From a virus (lineage: Duplodnaviria; Heunggongvirae; Uroviricota; Caudoviricetes), in the IMG/VR virus record IMGVR_UViG_2541047775_000006: DNA of 31,163 nucleotides; one strand, 5' to 3'. The notes under the pieces are model-generated. The model was not told where the DNA came from. It ran no database searches and saw only the letters and a list, made by a program, of their open reading frames with translations. Position numbers and translations under genes: made by a program. Below, piece by piece: positions 1 through 8,773 of the stretch (position 1 is its first letter; the number at the start of each line of letters is the position of its first letter).

Positions 1-342
1 ATCCAGAAAACGGGCGTAAACCTTACGCCTGACCACCGTTCCGCCGACCAGACTCTGCAGGTCTTCCGCCATCCCGGTGACCATGCCGTGCAGATTAGAG
101 ACTTTCAGCGTTGGCCTTGCACTGGCTCCTTTGCCGTTCATCTCAAATCCACTTCCCTGAATGGGATAGGCCTGATACTGCCGCCCCTGCCAGGTGACTG
201 GTTCACCTTTTTCGTTCTGCTCATTACAGAAGAAATAACGATCTCCGCCGACCTCTGTCAGATCAATTTCCCAGAGCACGACCAGCGCGGATTGCTCCGT
301 TTTAGTGCACTCATTGAGTGTTTCCTGCTGTATATCCTGCAT
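1..342 (-). CDS. minor tail protein L (lambda gpL-like), 3' end cut by window edge
   Basis: Minus-strand ATG at 342 (TGATG overlap with upstream stop) translates MQDIQQETLNECTKTEQSALVVLWEIDLTEVGGDRYFFCNEQNEKGEPVTWQGRQ..., matching my recollection of the lambda L N-terminus. ORF runs off position 1, so it is absent from the ORF track. Confidence 0.8.
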   Translation of the reverse strand, partial: MQDIQQETLNECTKTEQSALVVLWEIDLTEVGGDRYFFCNEQNEKGEPVTWQGRQYQAYPIQGSGFEMNGKGASARPTLKVSNLHGMVTGMAEDLQSLVGGTVVRRKVYARFLD

Positions 343-683
343 CAGTGAGTGACCTCTTCAAAGGTACAGTTAAAATCGGTATACATGGCATTATCCGAAA
401 TGCTCCACTCCCTGCAGACAACCCGGACAGTCCTGTTGTGTTTTGGCGGACGCCACAAAAAAGCACGAACCCCGGCATGACGGGATAAAAAACTGTCCAG
501 CGCGGCACGGGAATATTCATCCGTGACACGAAATACCGGTTTAAACGTTTTCAGATCTGCATTCAGACCACCAGCCCGTCGCTGTTCATATCCGTCACCG
601 AACTTTACCGTAATAACAGATGGCTTTCGTGTCGTCTCCATCCCCTCGCGGGGGATCCAGTTAAAAACTTCAGACTCAGGCAC
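342..683 (-). CDS. minor tail protein M (lambda gpM-like)
   Basis: Track ORF 342..728 contains KPSVITVKFGDGYEQRRAGGLNADLKTF..FLWRPP, resembling lambda M. Probable GTG start at 683 preceded by GGAGG; the track start at 728 is a TTG that would overlap the tape measure by 50 nt. Confidence 0.8.
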   Translation of the reverse strand: MPESEVFNWIPREGMETTRKPSVITVKFGDGYEQRRAGGLNADLKTFKPVFRVTDEYSRAALDSFLSRHAGVRAFLWRPPKHNRTVRVVCREWSISDNAMYTDFNCTFEEVTH

Positions 684-3600
684 TGCATAATCCTCCGTCC
701 CGACGTGATGACTGCATAATTGACACAACCCTGCTGTCGATCAGATCCACCAGTCCCTTGGCTGACTGCGTATCTATCTCGCCATTGCTCCCTTTATTCT
801 GAATACTGATGTGATATACGGGAGAATAAACAAATCCACCGCCACCATTCACATTGCCAATGGCTCTGACTCCAAGAGAGCCGTCCGCTGCCCGAGTCAG
901 TGGCATGATAGCTTCAGGCCCGGCCTCGCCCATCAGCCCGGCACCTTTCGCAAAAGCAAAATACGTCGGGGTATCCACAATGGTGTTACTGTAAGCACTC
1001 AGATTTGCCGATGTATAAACACCACCTTTTGCGTTTGCCACTGCACCGGAAAGCCAGTCGCCGACTGTACCAAGCCATCCTCCGGCACCGGACATGCTTT
1101 TGGAAAGTGACTTCAGCCCGTTAACGATGGCAGCGTTCATCAGAATTTTTGAAACTTCCTGGAGAATTGAACTCCCCCAGTTTCTCCAGTCCACAACATT
1201 TCCGGCCAGTGCATCGGAAATATTTGATACCAGCCCGTCCATAGTGGAAACGACAGCATCTGCCGCCTGCGAAGCATAATCGGTGGCACTGTCTGCCCAG
1301 TTCGTCAGTCCCTCCTGGAGTCCGGCATTCCAGTTACTGCGTAAAGCATCAGCCTTTGCATAATAATCCTGCTGATCGCTGAGACGCTCTTCCAGATATT
1401 TTTCATTCAGAGATTTTTCCTGTTTCCACAGGGCTTCTTCAATTTCTCCGGCCTGATACTGTCTCAGTAGCTCGTTATTTTTCTGCTCAAACTCCTGCCG
1501 GATGCTCCACATTTCCTGAAGTCGTTCACGCATCCGTGAGCCTTCACCATATCCCAGTAACTGAGCCTCATTTGATGCTCTGACACTGGCATTACTGTCC
1601 GCCAGACTGCTCTCATACGCAGCAAGCTGCTCACGAATCTTTTTCTGGTCGATGAGTGCTGCATTCTGCAAAAGCGTTTTTTTCTGCGCTTCTGACAGGG
1701 TTGATAATTCGCCCTGGCTGACCTGATATTTCATCTTAGCCAGTTCAGTATTCTGCCCTGCCAGTGCTATTTGCTCTTTTTGCTGTTTAATCAGTTGCTT
1801 ATAAGTATCTTCTATTTTTTCCGCTTCGGTCTTTTTATGCGCTTTGGGTTTATTTGCCTGGTTATTTCGCCATGCATCCAGTGAGTTATTTATATAATTC
1901 AGTCTTGCTGTCTGATACGCCTCTCCCACAAAGCCGAGATCATCCGCAGCATAACCCAGGCGGGCACGCTCACGAGCTTCCCCCTTCAGGCGGGACAGAG
2001 CCAGTTCGCGCTCGCTGTTATTCAGTGCGGTCTGCTGTTTATCATCCAGGGTTGCCTGTGGTAGCCGTAACGGTACATTCACCAGCCCCTGTCGCTGCTG
2101 AAGTAATTCATTACCGAGCCCGAGAAGGCGATTAAACTCGGTATGCTGCCCATTCATGATCAACAGGGACTGATACGCTTTGTTTTGTTCCGCTGCCTGT
2201 TGACGGATCAACGCCACCCGTCGCTCCTCCAGCCCGGCAAGCACATCCTGAATGGATTGCGCTTTGCCCTGCATTTGAGTGAGGCGAGACTGTTCAACTG
2301 CCAGTTGATTTGTTGCTTCTGCAAGCCCTTCTGTGACAGTTTTTACCGACGTCATGTGGTTAATCATAAAACCGTTATCGGTTGTCCAGCCCGGGTTTGC
2401 CAGCACATACTGATAGCCAGCAATTTTTTCCTGTAAGGATTTAATCTTACTTTTCTGCTCGTCAATTAACCTGTTTTGCTCCTTCAGTGCCTGTCGCGTC
2501 TTTTCCTCATTATCTGACGCTTCAGGAAGCGACATTGCCGACGTTTTCTGGCGAATTTCGTCGATTGTTGCGGCATACTGGCGTGCAGATTCTCTGGCCT
2601 GCTCCTGATTCTGATACATCGTGTACCAGGCCGCAGCCCCCAGCATGACGAGTCCCGGCACACCACCAACCAGCCCCAGCGCGCCACTTAATAAACGACT
2701 CCCCACTGACGTAACATTATTCAGCGTTGTCTGTGCCGCTGTTCTGGCCGCAATATTACGGGTAAGTGACACCTGGGCAGCTGTCAGCTTCGCTTCTGCT
2801 ACGGCCTGCCTTTCGGTACCGCGAGCAGCAACAACCGCCTGTTGCGCACGATAAACCGCCGCACGCGCCCTGGCGGTTGCTATCTGTGTCCCCCGAAGTT
2901 GCACTTCAGCAAGAGCCACTTCGTTTCTGGCTGCAGTAATTAATCCGGCAGTTGCAGATCCAGCAGACGACGCCATATTGCCAAAATATCGGGCTACCCC
3001 GACGGCAACCAGAGCACCAGCAGCGGTTGCCACGGTGTCAATATTGCCTGCAATACCATTCAGCACACCGGAGAGCGTCTTCGTCACTCCGCTTGCCTCG
3101 TTCGCACCACCAACCCAGGCCATAAAGGCGTTTTCAACTTTGGTTGCAGAGGATGAAACCGTATCAGGCATTGCTGCATATTCATCACGCAACGCCCCAA
3201 GCTGACTAATCAGTGCAGGAACAACCTTATCGGCGGTCAGTTTTCCGTTATCCGCCATGGCCTTCAGATCCTTACGGGCAACCCCCATTCCCGCAGCCAG
3301 CGCACGAATAACACGATCGCCGTTCTCATTCACCGAGTTAAACTCTTCACCGCGCAGCACTCCCTGCGCCAGTGCCTGACTGAACTGCGTGATCACCGAA
3401 CTGGCTTCTGCTGTACTGGCACCGGATAATTTCAGGCCCGTGGAGATCGCCTCGGTGACTTTCAGTACCTCCTCAGAACTGTAACCATACTCCCGCATGG
3501 AAGCTGCAGAACGGGCAAAAAGGCTGGCGTTATCAGAAAACGCCGTCCCCGTTCTCTGGCTGATCGCCATTAATTCACGCTGTGATGACTGAAAATCATC

Positions 3601-3921
3601 ACTGGACTGTGAGGCCTGCTTCAGACGGGCATTTACTGAATTCCACTCATCGGCGAGAGAAATAAGATGACCGGTAGCAAAAGCCCCGGCAAATGCCCCC
3701 GCCATGTTCAGTGCCGAAGATTTAGCTGTATTTATCTGATCCGTCACTTCTGCCAGTGCACGCCGCATTTCACGGGATGCAGCAGCGGACTGTCGGCCTC
3801 CGTTCTGCATGGTACGGTAGTAATCCTGCCCCATACGCGAAGCCCGGGAGATCTCTGACTGGAATGACCGGGAATTTGCCGAGATTTTAATAATCAGTTC
3901 ACGTAATGTCGCCACACTCAT
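676..3921 (-). CDS. tail length tape measure protein (gpH-like)
   Basis: 1081-aa ORF, coiled-coil/Ala-Gln-rich, positioned between G-T and M as in lambda. ATG at 3921. Confidence 0.9.
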   Translation of the reverse strand: MSVATLRELIIKISANSRSFQSEISRASRMGQDYYRTMQNGGRQSAAASREMRRALAEVTDQINTAKSSALNMAGAFAGAFATGHLISLADEWNSVNARLKQASQSSDDFQSSQRELMAISQRTGTAFSDNASLFARSAASMREYGYSSEEVLKVTEAISTGLKLSGASTAEASSVITQFSQALAQGVLRGEEFNSVNENGDRVIRALAAGMGVARKDLKAMADNGKLTADKVVPALISQLGALRDEYAAMPDTVSSSATKVENAFMAWVGGANEASGVTKTLSGVLNGIAGNIDTVATAAGALVAVGVARYFGNMASSAGSATAGLITAARNEVALAEVQLRGTQIATARARAAVYRAQQAVVAARGTERQAVAEAKLTAAQVSLTRNIAARTAAQTTLNNVTSVGSRLLSGALGLVGGVPGLVMLGAAAWYTMYQNQEQARESARQYAATIDEIRQKTSAMSLPEASDNEEKTRQALKEQNRLIDEQKSKIKSLQEKIAGYQYVLANPGWTTDNGFMINHMTSVKTVTEGLAEATNQLAVEQSRLTQMQGKAQSIQDVLAGLEERRVALIRQQAAEQNKAYQSLLIMNGQHTEFNRLLGLGNELLQQRQGLVNVPLRLPQATLDDKQQTALNNSERELALSRLKGEARERARLGYAADDLGFVGEAYQTARLNYINNSLDAWRNNQANKPKAHKKTEAEKIEDTYKQLIKQQKEQIALAGQNTELAKMKYQVSQGELSTLSEAQKKTLLQNAALIDQKKIREQLAAYESSLADSNASVRASNEAQLLGYGEGSRMRERLQEMWSIRQEFEQKNNELLRQYQAGEIEEALWKQEKSLNEKYLEERLSDQQDYYAKADALRSNWNAGLQEGLTNWADSATDYASQAADAVVSTMDGLVSNISDALAGNVVDWRNWGSSILQEVSKILMNAAIVNGLKSLSKSMSGAGGWLGTVGDWLSGAVANAKGGVYTSANLSAYSNTIVDTPTYFAFAKGAGLMGEAGPEAIMPLTRAADGSLGVRAIGNVNGGGGFVYSPVYHISIQNKGSNGEIDTQSAKGLVDLIDSRVVSIMQSSRRDGGLCSA

Positions 3922-3931
3922 TCTCCGGACG

Positions 3932-3952
3932 AAAAAAAACCGCCGAAGCGGT
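3932..3952 (-). terminator. terminator-like hairpin with U-run between gpT and tape measure gene
   Basis: Plus-strand aaaaaaaACCGCcgaaGCGGT; on the minus strand this is a 5-bp GC stem with UUCG loop followed by 8 U, ending about 10 nt before the tape measure ATG. Confidence 0.45.
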
Positions 3953-3961
3953 TATGTTGAC

Positions 3962-4650
3962 TCACTGAGACACTATTAAAAGCGCGTTTTCCAGTCCAGC
4001 AAATGGATCTGATACGCCTTCTGTCTGCTCCTTCTCCCACTGAAGAAGCGCATCATTCAGTGGCACTTTGACCCCCTGCGCACCGTAAACAGCTGAAACA
4101 ATCTGGGCAGCCCGGATATCAGCCCGTTCGTCCCCCAGCGGGCTGAACCTGTCAAATTCTGCCCACATCATGATTTCTGATGCGGACATTTCCCGGCGTA
4201 ACTCTGACAATGTGCGCCCCATCCTGAGCGCCAGCATCATCAGAAAACGCATCCCCGGAAGCGCTACTTTTTTTTAACCTCGCCGGCATCACTGATTAGT
4301 TCCAGAGACTGCCGAAGAAGCCGCGCATGCACCGGGCCATACACGGCAATCACCTGTTCACGATCATCCTCTGAAAATACAGGTTGCAGTCCGGTATCAC
4401 ACAGAACATCGATGAACAGTTCAACATCCGCTTCCAGATTTCGGCGGGCGCGCTCCGCAACGGATAACGGTGTCTCATCATCTTTTGCTTTAACGATCTC
4501 CTGCCAGCGCAACCAGGCTTCTGCAGAAGGTTCCCGTAATACAACCGTTGCCCCTTCCCATTCAGGCACATCAACAGTTTTATGGCGAAACCCCGACATC
4601 GTTGCCAGTGCCAGATTACGGATATTTTTAGTCATCACATCTATCCTCAT
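3962..4650 (-). CDS. tail assembly chaperone G-T fusion via programmed -1 frameshift
   Basis: Slippery heptamer A AAA AAG (4273..4267, minus strand) at the 3' end of G. A -1 slip continues in-frame into track ORF 3962..4252 (frame checked by coordinate arithmetic). Conserved lambda G/GT arrangement. Confidence 0.75.
4264..4650 (-). CDS. tail assembly chaperone G (gpG-like)
   Basis: 128-aa ORF ending ...DAGEVKKK directly upstream of the T frame. ATG at 4650 overlaps the V stop (TAATG). Confidence 0.85.
   Translation of the reverse strand: MRIDVMTKNIRNLALATMSGFRHKTVDVPEWEGATVVLREPSAEAWLRWQEIVKAKDDETPLSVAERARRNLEADVELFIDVLCDTGLQPVFSEDDREQVIAVYGPVHARLLRQSLELISDAGEVKKK
4267..4273 (-). other. -1 ribosomal frameshift slippery site (AAAAAAG)
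   Basis: Run of 8 A then G at the G stop codon; X XXY YYZ pattern. Confidence 0.7.
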
Positions 4651-5354
4651 TAACTGACGGTAACAGTGCAGGAAGTAGAGGTCACTTTGTTAACCGGGCT
4701 TGCTGAATCAGAAATCTCGCAGGTATATGCACCCGCATCACCGGATACTGCCGATGCCTTACTGAACGTTGCCGCCGTCTGTCCGGAAACAGGAGAACCA
4801 CCTTTCTTCCAGACATAAGAATAAGGCGGCACACCACCCGCAGCCTCAACCGCCATTTCAAGTTTCGATCCGGAAGCAACCCGCAGCGTGCTTTTTAAAT
4901 CGACCTTCACTTTCAGCGGCTCTGTCGTCAGCACAGGTTTACCTTTCAGGCGCAGAGAAAACGTTGCAGCCACAACACCATTGGTTCCTGCAGACCAGGT
5001 ATGCTGACGCACCTCTGCCATAAAGGTAAATCCGTTGCCTGACGGAAAAATAACTTTAAAGCCATACGTGGTGTCATTGTCATAGGCACTGCGCAACGCG
5101 TTCTGGGCAGCATTGAGGTAAAAGTTGCCTGACATGGAAATCTCTGAAGCAGCACCAAGGCCGTTAATATTTTCCTGCTCAACAGAACACAGCGTGGTGA
5201 CATCAATATCCTGCTTTTGTCCTGCAGTAAACTGCACCTCTTTGATTGTACAGCTCAGGCCAAGATAGCTGGCAGAATCCAGGGTTTCTGCTGTTACCGG
5301 TGCAGACGAAATCATAATTTTCGTCAGTTGCGAACGCTCAAAATTAGAGGACAT
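4650..5354 (-). CDS. major tail protein (gpV-like) with C-terminal Ig-like domain
   Basis: Track ORF 4650..5405; probable ATG at 5354 (MSSNFERSQ...) preceded by GGAGACGAGT. Ig-like C-terminus (PPYSYVWKKGGSPVSGQTAATF...YTCEISD). Confidence 0.8.
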   Translation of the reverse strand: MSSNFERSQLTKIMISSAPVTAETLDSASYLGLSCTIKEVQFTAGQKQDIDVTTLCSVEQENINGLGAASEISMSGNFYLNAAQNALRSAYDNDTTYGFKVIFPSGNGFTFMAEVRQHTWSAGTNGVVAATFSLRLKGKPVLTTEPLKVKVDLKSTLRVASGSKLEMAVEAAGGVPPYSYVWKKGGSPVSGQTAATFSKASAVSGDAGAYTCEISDSASPVNKVTSTSCTVTVS

Positions 5355-5370
5355 ACTCGTCTCCTGAAAA

Positions 5371-5392
5371 TAAAAAACCCGCCAGCGGCGGG
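5371..5392 (-). terminator. terminator-like hairpin upstream of major tail gene
   Basis: Plus-strand aaaaaaCCCGCCagcGGCGGG; on the minus strand a 6-bp GC stem followed by UUUUUUAUUUU, between the tail-terminator gene stop (5414) and the V start. Confidence 0.45.
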
Positions 5393-5413
5393 TGGGTAAA
5401 ATCATTAACGACC

Positions 5414-5758
5414 TCAGGCTATTACCTGAAATTCAAGCGTGGCTCTGCTCAGACGGGAGTCAGGATCATACCCCTGCGTTTTAGAAATAACGGAGGGTGC
5501 CAGTTTCCTTACTGCATCAAGCGCCTGCTCACGAATATCATCTGCGTCATCAGGTACTGTCGCCCAGACATCGATCTGCACGGTAATTCTGGATTCAGCC
5601 TGCCCATCAAGCACATCAGATGCCGTGTCAGACACCACAGAAAACACCAGCCACGGCGGAGATACCGCAGGCTTTCCCTCCGTCAGCGGGACCACATAAG
5701 GATAAACCTGTCCTCCGGCCAGCTGAGACAACAGGGAATACAGTGTGCCCTCCCTCAT
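5414..5758 (-). CDS. tail completion/terminator protein (gpU position; my DUF3168 assignment is tentative)
   Basis: 114-aa ORF between head-tail genes and major tail gene; ATGA start/stop overlap with upstream gene. Confidence 0.6.
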   Translation of the reverse strand: MREGTLYSLLSQLAGGQVYPYVVPLTEGKPAVSPPWLVFSVVSDTASDVLDGQAESRITVQIDVWATVPDDADDIREQALDAVRKLAPSVISKTQGYDPDSRLSRATLEFQVIA

Positions 5759-6201
5759 TTACTTAAGACCTCATCAATAGCCTGATTCATTCGCTGTATG
5801 GCAACCTGCGCCGCCAGCTCCTCTGTCGTATCGAAAGCCGGGCGAATGAATGGATGCGCGGGCATGTTTATCGTTCCCAGCTCCACAAAGCGCCAGTAAA
5901 ATGCATTTCGGGGATCGCTGGCTTTCATGCTGTTATCACTGTTTCCGGTTCGCAGGTTCCGTCCGCGAATGTGGACACCCGAGATAATTTCCCCCCGACG
6001 CTTTGAACGCTGAGTGAGAACAACCACATTTTTCTTCAGTTTCCCGGTTCGCTCCGGCGCACGTTCAACAACTGCATCCCGCATAACTTCAGCACCGGCA
6101 CGGGTGGCATCGCGCAGAACCTTATTGTTTTCTGCCCTGCTGAGCGTCTCCAGATCCCGTGCAATATCCGCCAGGCCGGAAAAATCAAGACTGAAATCCA
6201 T
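5755..6201 (-). CDS. head-tail joining protein (HK97 gp10-like)
   Basis: Track ORF 5755..6204; ATG at 6201 overlaps the upstream stop (ATGA). Position in the HK97-type module. Confidence 0.65.
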   Translation of the reverse strand: MDFSLDFSGLADIARDLETLSRAENNKVLRDATRAGAEVMRDAVVERAPERTGKLKKNVVVLTQRSKRRGEIISGVHIRGRNLRTGNSDNSMKASDPRNAFYWRFVELGTINMPAHPFIRPAFDTTEELAAQVAIQRMNQAIDEVLSK

Positions 6202-6539
6202 CACACATTCCCCTTCAGGCTGCAGAGTATTTCAAGCCGGGTAGCGCGTGCATCCGGTATTGGTGGACCTTCTATACCCAGAATGGCCCCTTTAAATGCA
6301 CCGGTCAGCACTTTCAGACGTGAAGTCGCTGTCACATCGCGCCGGAATCTCATCCAGACTCTGACCGTAGCCTGAGCGGTTTCTGCTCCGCCTGAGATTA
6401 TCTCCCTCCCGCTGATACCCTTAACTTCTGCCCATACGGTAGCTCCCTCCGTCACCGTCTCCACCGGATGCCCTGACGGAGAGCGGGCGGTGGTGACATT
6501 CAGAATAATTACGCGATCACGTAATCTGCCCGCCTGCAT
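6201..6539 (-). CDS. head-tail adaptor / head closure protein
   Basis: 112-aa ORF, ATG at 6539 preceded by AGGAGGAG. Position between connector and gp10-like genes. Confidence 0.6.
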   Translation of the reverse strand: MQAGRLRDRVIILNVTTARSPSGHPVETVTEGATVWAEVKGISGREIISGGAETAQATVRVWMRFRRDVTATSRLKVLTGAFKGAILGIEGPPIPDARATRLEILCSLKGNV

Positions 6540-6547
6540 GTCTCCTC

Positions 6548-6865
6548 CTACAAAGGAATAAAACGATAAGGCTCCAGCAGAGAAGAAAAACCAAACGGGA
6601 CTGGTGCCTTGCTGACATCTGAGGAATTTTCCCGGTTTTCGTACCAGTGCCCGACCAGCAACATGAGCGCCAGCAAAACATCATCAGCTATAAGCACCCC
6701 TTCAGGATCACCTTCCGGCACCGTCTCCTCATAAAGCTTACGGTTGATAAAATTTTCTGCCTTGCGGCAGGCAGCCCGGAAATACAGCATCAGTAACTCA
6801 TCATCAGTTGCATCATCTGTATCAATACGGCACTGCGCCCTGAGTTTTTCCACTATTGCTGCCAT
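6548..6865 (-). CDS. head-tail connector protein (gp6-like)
   Basis: Probable start at internal ATG 6865 (MAAIVEKLRAQCRIDTDD...) preceded by AGGAG. Upstream part of track ORF (to 7045) overlaps the capsid gene and a terminator hairpin. Confidence 0.6.
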   Translation of the reverse strand: MAAIVEKLRAQCRIDTDDATDDELLMLYFRAACRKAENFINRKLYEETVPEGDPEGVLIADDVLLALMLLVGHWYENRENSSDVSKAPVPFGFSSLLEPYRFIPL

Positions 6866-6897
6866 CAGAAACTCCTGCCCGCAACACTGTGCGGGCA

Positions 6898-6920
6898 TAA
6901 AAAAACCGCGTCGGCGCGGT
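6898..6920 (-). terminator. intrinsic terminator-like hairpin downstream of major capsid gene
   Basis: Plus-strand aaaaaaaACCGCGtcggCGCGGT; on the minus strand a GC stem then 7 U. A second hairpin (TGCCCGC...GCGGGCA, 6876..6897) follows. Partial terminators after capsid genes are common. Confidence 0.5.
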
Positions 6921-6941
6921 CTGTAACTGAACAACGAGTGG

Positions 6942-8159
6942 TTATTTGCCAGTGAGCGCCTTGATGGCTGCCACATCTTCCAGCACACAGTCAAAACGAT
7001 GGAAAGCCAGAAATGCCACCTGATCAAACTCAGCATAACGCTCAACCAGACGTTTCAGTTCCATATAAGTAACGCGGCGAATGATAAAGCGGTTGAAATC
7101 CCCCAGGAAAATGAATTTTTTTCCGGTACCAATCCCGTCAATAGCCTGATCAATAACATAAGGGATCCCCAGCACAGTAGCCGGCGTACCGCCTGCAATA
7201 TCCGGCAGCCATAACGGGCGTTTCTGCCCATCCTCCATCTCTTCAATAGTCTGCAATGTGGCATCATTGAATGCCCAGCGGTATTTCGGCCCACCACGAT
7301 ATGCCGGATCAATGGCATGTTTCAGGGCATTCATTTCTTTCCAGGTGAAAGCGGCAGAGGCTGCAGTCTGGATGGTTCCCGTCACCGACGCTGCCAGCCC
7401 TTTTGGCTGTAACGGTGATCCCGTTCCGGTCCCCTGAACCAGATATTTTGCCTCTCCACGACCAATACGCTGGGCAATACGGTTTGCCAGATAAGATTCA
7501 ATATCCACCCCACTGTCCTGGAGCAGCTCATTGGACACACGAATTATTTTTGATGACAGCTTTTTAGCCCCCAGAATAGCGGTCCCGAACGTCACATCCT
7601 GTTCCGTTGCGGCTGTATTTTCCGCCAGCAGTTCGCCCTCTTCAGTCGTGCCATCAGACGTTGACCAGGTGATATCCTGCCCGGTTGATGTGGTCAGAAG
7701 TTGCGCCACACTGGCAATCCCGCCATAAGCCTTCATGGTGTCAATGATTTTGTTACGCATCTGCGTGGGCACCGTATATCCGCCCTGAGAATCCGTTGTT
7801 ACACTCTGAGCCCGCAGTTCACGCATCAGATTACGCTCTTCAGCATTCAGTTCTGCAAATCCGGCACGCAGAAAACGGTTAAATGCCGCAGCGCGCTTCT
7901 CTTCCACCGCCTTTTTCCCGTTCTCCGCCTCATTATTCTGGCGCTCTTCCGGCCCGGACTCATCCACATATGCCTGATCCTGACGGCGCAACTCTTCTTC
8001 ACGGGCGATTTGCTCATCCAGCGCATCCAGCTCAGCTTTCGCCCTGTTCCACTCTGCCCGTTGCTCATCAGCCCATGCGTTATCACCAATTTTTTCATGC
8101 AGTGCACGCATATCCTTTGCAATGGTGTTTCGTTTTTGCTTCATCTCATGAAGTTTCAT
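6942..8159 (-). CDS. major capsid protein, HK97 family
   Basis: 405-aa ORF with coiled-coil N-terminal delta region and conserved C-terminal core; flanked by protease and portal. Confidence 0.9.
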   Translation of the reverse strand: MKLHEMKQKRNTIAKDMRALHEKIGDNAWADEQRAEWNRAKAELDALDEQIAREEELRRQDQAYVDESGPEERQNNEAENGKKAVEEKRAAAFNRFLRAGFAELNAEERNLMRELRAQSVTTDSQGGYTVPTQMRNKIIDTMKAYGGIASVAQLLTTSTGQDITWSTSDGTTEEGELLAENTAATEQDVTFGTAILGAKKLSSKIIRVSNELLQDSGVDIESYLANRIAQRIGRGEAKYLVQGTGTGSPLQPKGLAASVTGTIQTAASAAFTWKEMNALKHAIDPAYRGGPKYRWAFNDATLQTIEEMEDGQKRPLWLPDIAGGTPATVLGIPYVIDQAIDGIGTGKKFIFLGDFNRFIIRRVTYMELKRLVERYAEFDQVAFLAFHRFDCVLEDVAAIKALTGK

Positions 8160-8173
8160 CGTCAGTAGTATCC

Positions 8174-8773
8174 TTATGCATTAAGAAGGGTCAAAAGACG
8201 CTCACGCGCCATTCGTTCGTTAACAGCTTTCTTCAGCGCACCACTCGCCCGCGCTTCCTGCCAAGCTTTCATTGAGCGGACACCAGAGTCTGCGTCCTGA
8301 TAGGCCGGATATGTCACCGGGCTGACGTCATACAGACGAGAAATGCGCGTGATTTCCCGGATAACAATCCCCTCGTCGTCTTCATACCAGCTCTCTCCGT
8401 CACGGGCGACACGAAACGCGAACGAGGACTGATTAATGTCACCACGCAACATTGGAGACAGCACCAGGTCACAAATAGTCGGAGTATCCGGTGCAACAAT
8501 GTCATAACGTAAACCGCGTTCATCCACCGACAATGACAACGTGCCGGCAGAACTTCGTCCGAGAATGAAATTAGGATCATGATTAAACAAGCCACGTACA
8601 TCATCATTCAGTACATCATCAAAAGCCCCCGGCTTGATGATTTCACGAAATCCCCACAGAGGTTCTGAACGACTGTTAAATACCGAGCCATACCCCAGAA
8701 TGTGGGTCGGGGCATTATCATATTGTTCCGCCCGCACCTCCCCGCTGTAACAGCGCGTTTCACGGTCATTCAT
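8174..8773 (-). CDS. prohead maturation protease (HK97 gp4-like)
   Basis: 199-aa ORF between portal and capsid genes; overlaps portal stop by 8 nt. Confidence 0.85.
   Translation of the reverse strand: MNDRETRCYSGEVRAEQYDNAPTHILGYGSVFNSRSEPLWGFREIIKPGAFDDVLNDDVRGLFNHDPNFILGRSSAGTLSLSVDERGLRYDIVAPDTPTICDLVLSPMLRGDINQSSFAFRVARDGESWYEDDEGIVIREITRISRLYDVSPVTYPAYQDADSGVRSMKAWQEARASGALKKAVNERMARERLLTLLNA

Noticed and set aside
88-529. Track ORFs 88..348 (+) and 311..529 (-)
   Set aside because: Shadow ORFs on the wrong strand or frame of the gpL and gpM tail genes, which have recognisable lambda-like protein sequences.
811-3858. Multiple plus-strand ORFs of 60-100 aa inside the tape measure gene
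   Set aside because: Antisense to a 1081-aa ORF with clear tape-measure character; GC-rich antisense frames commonly stay open.
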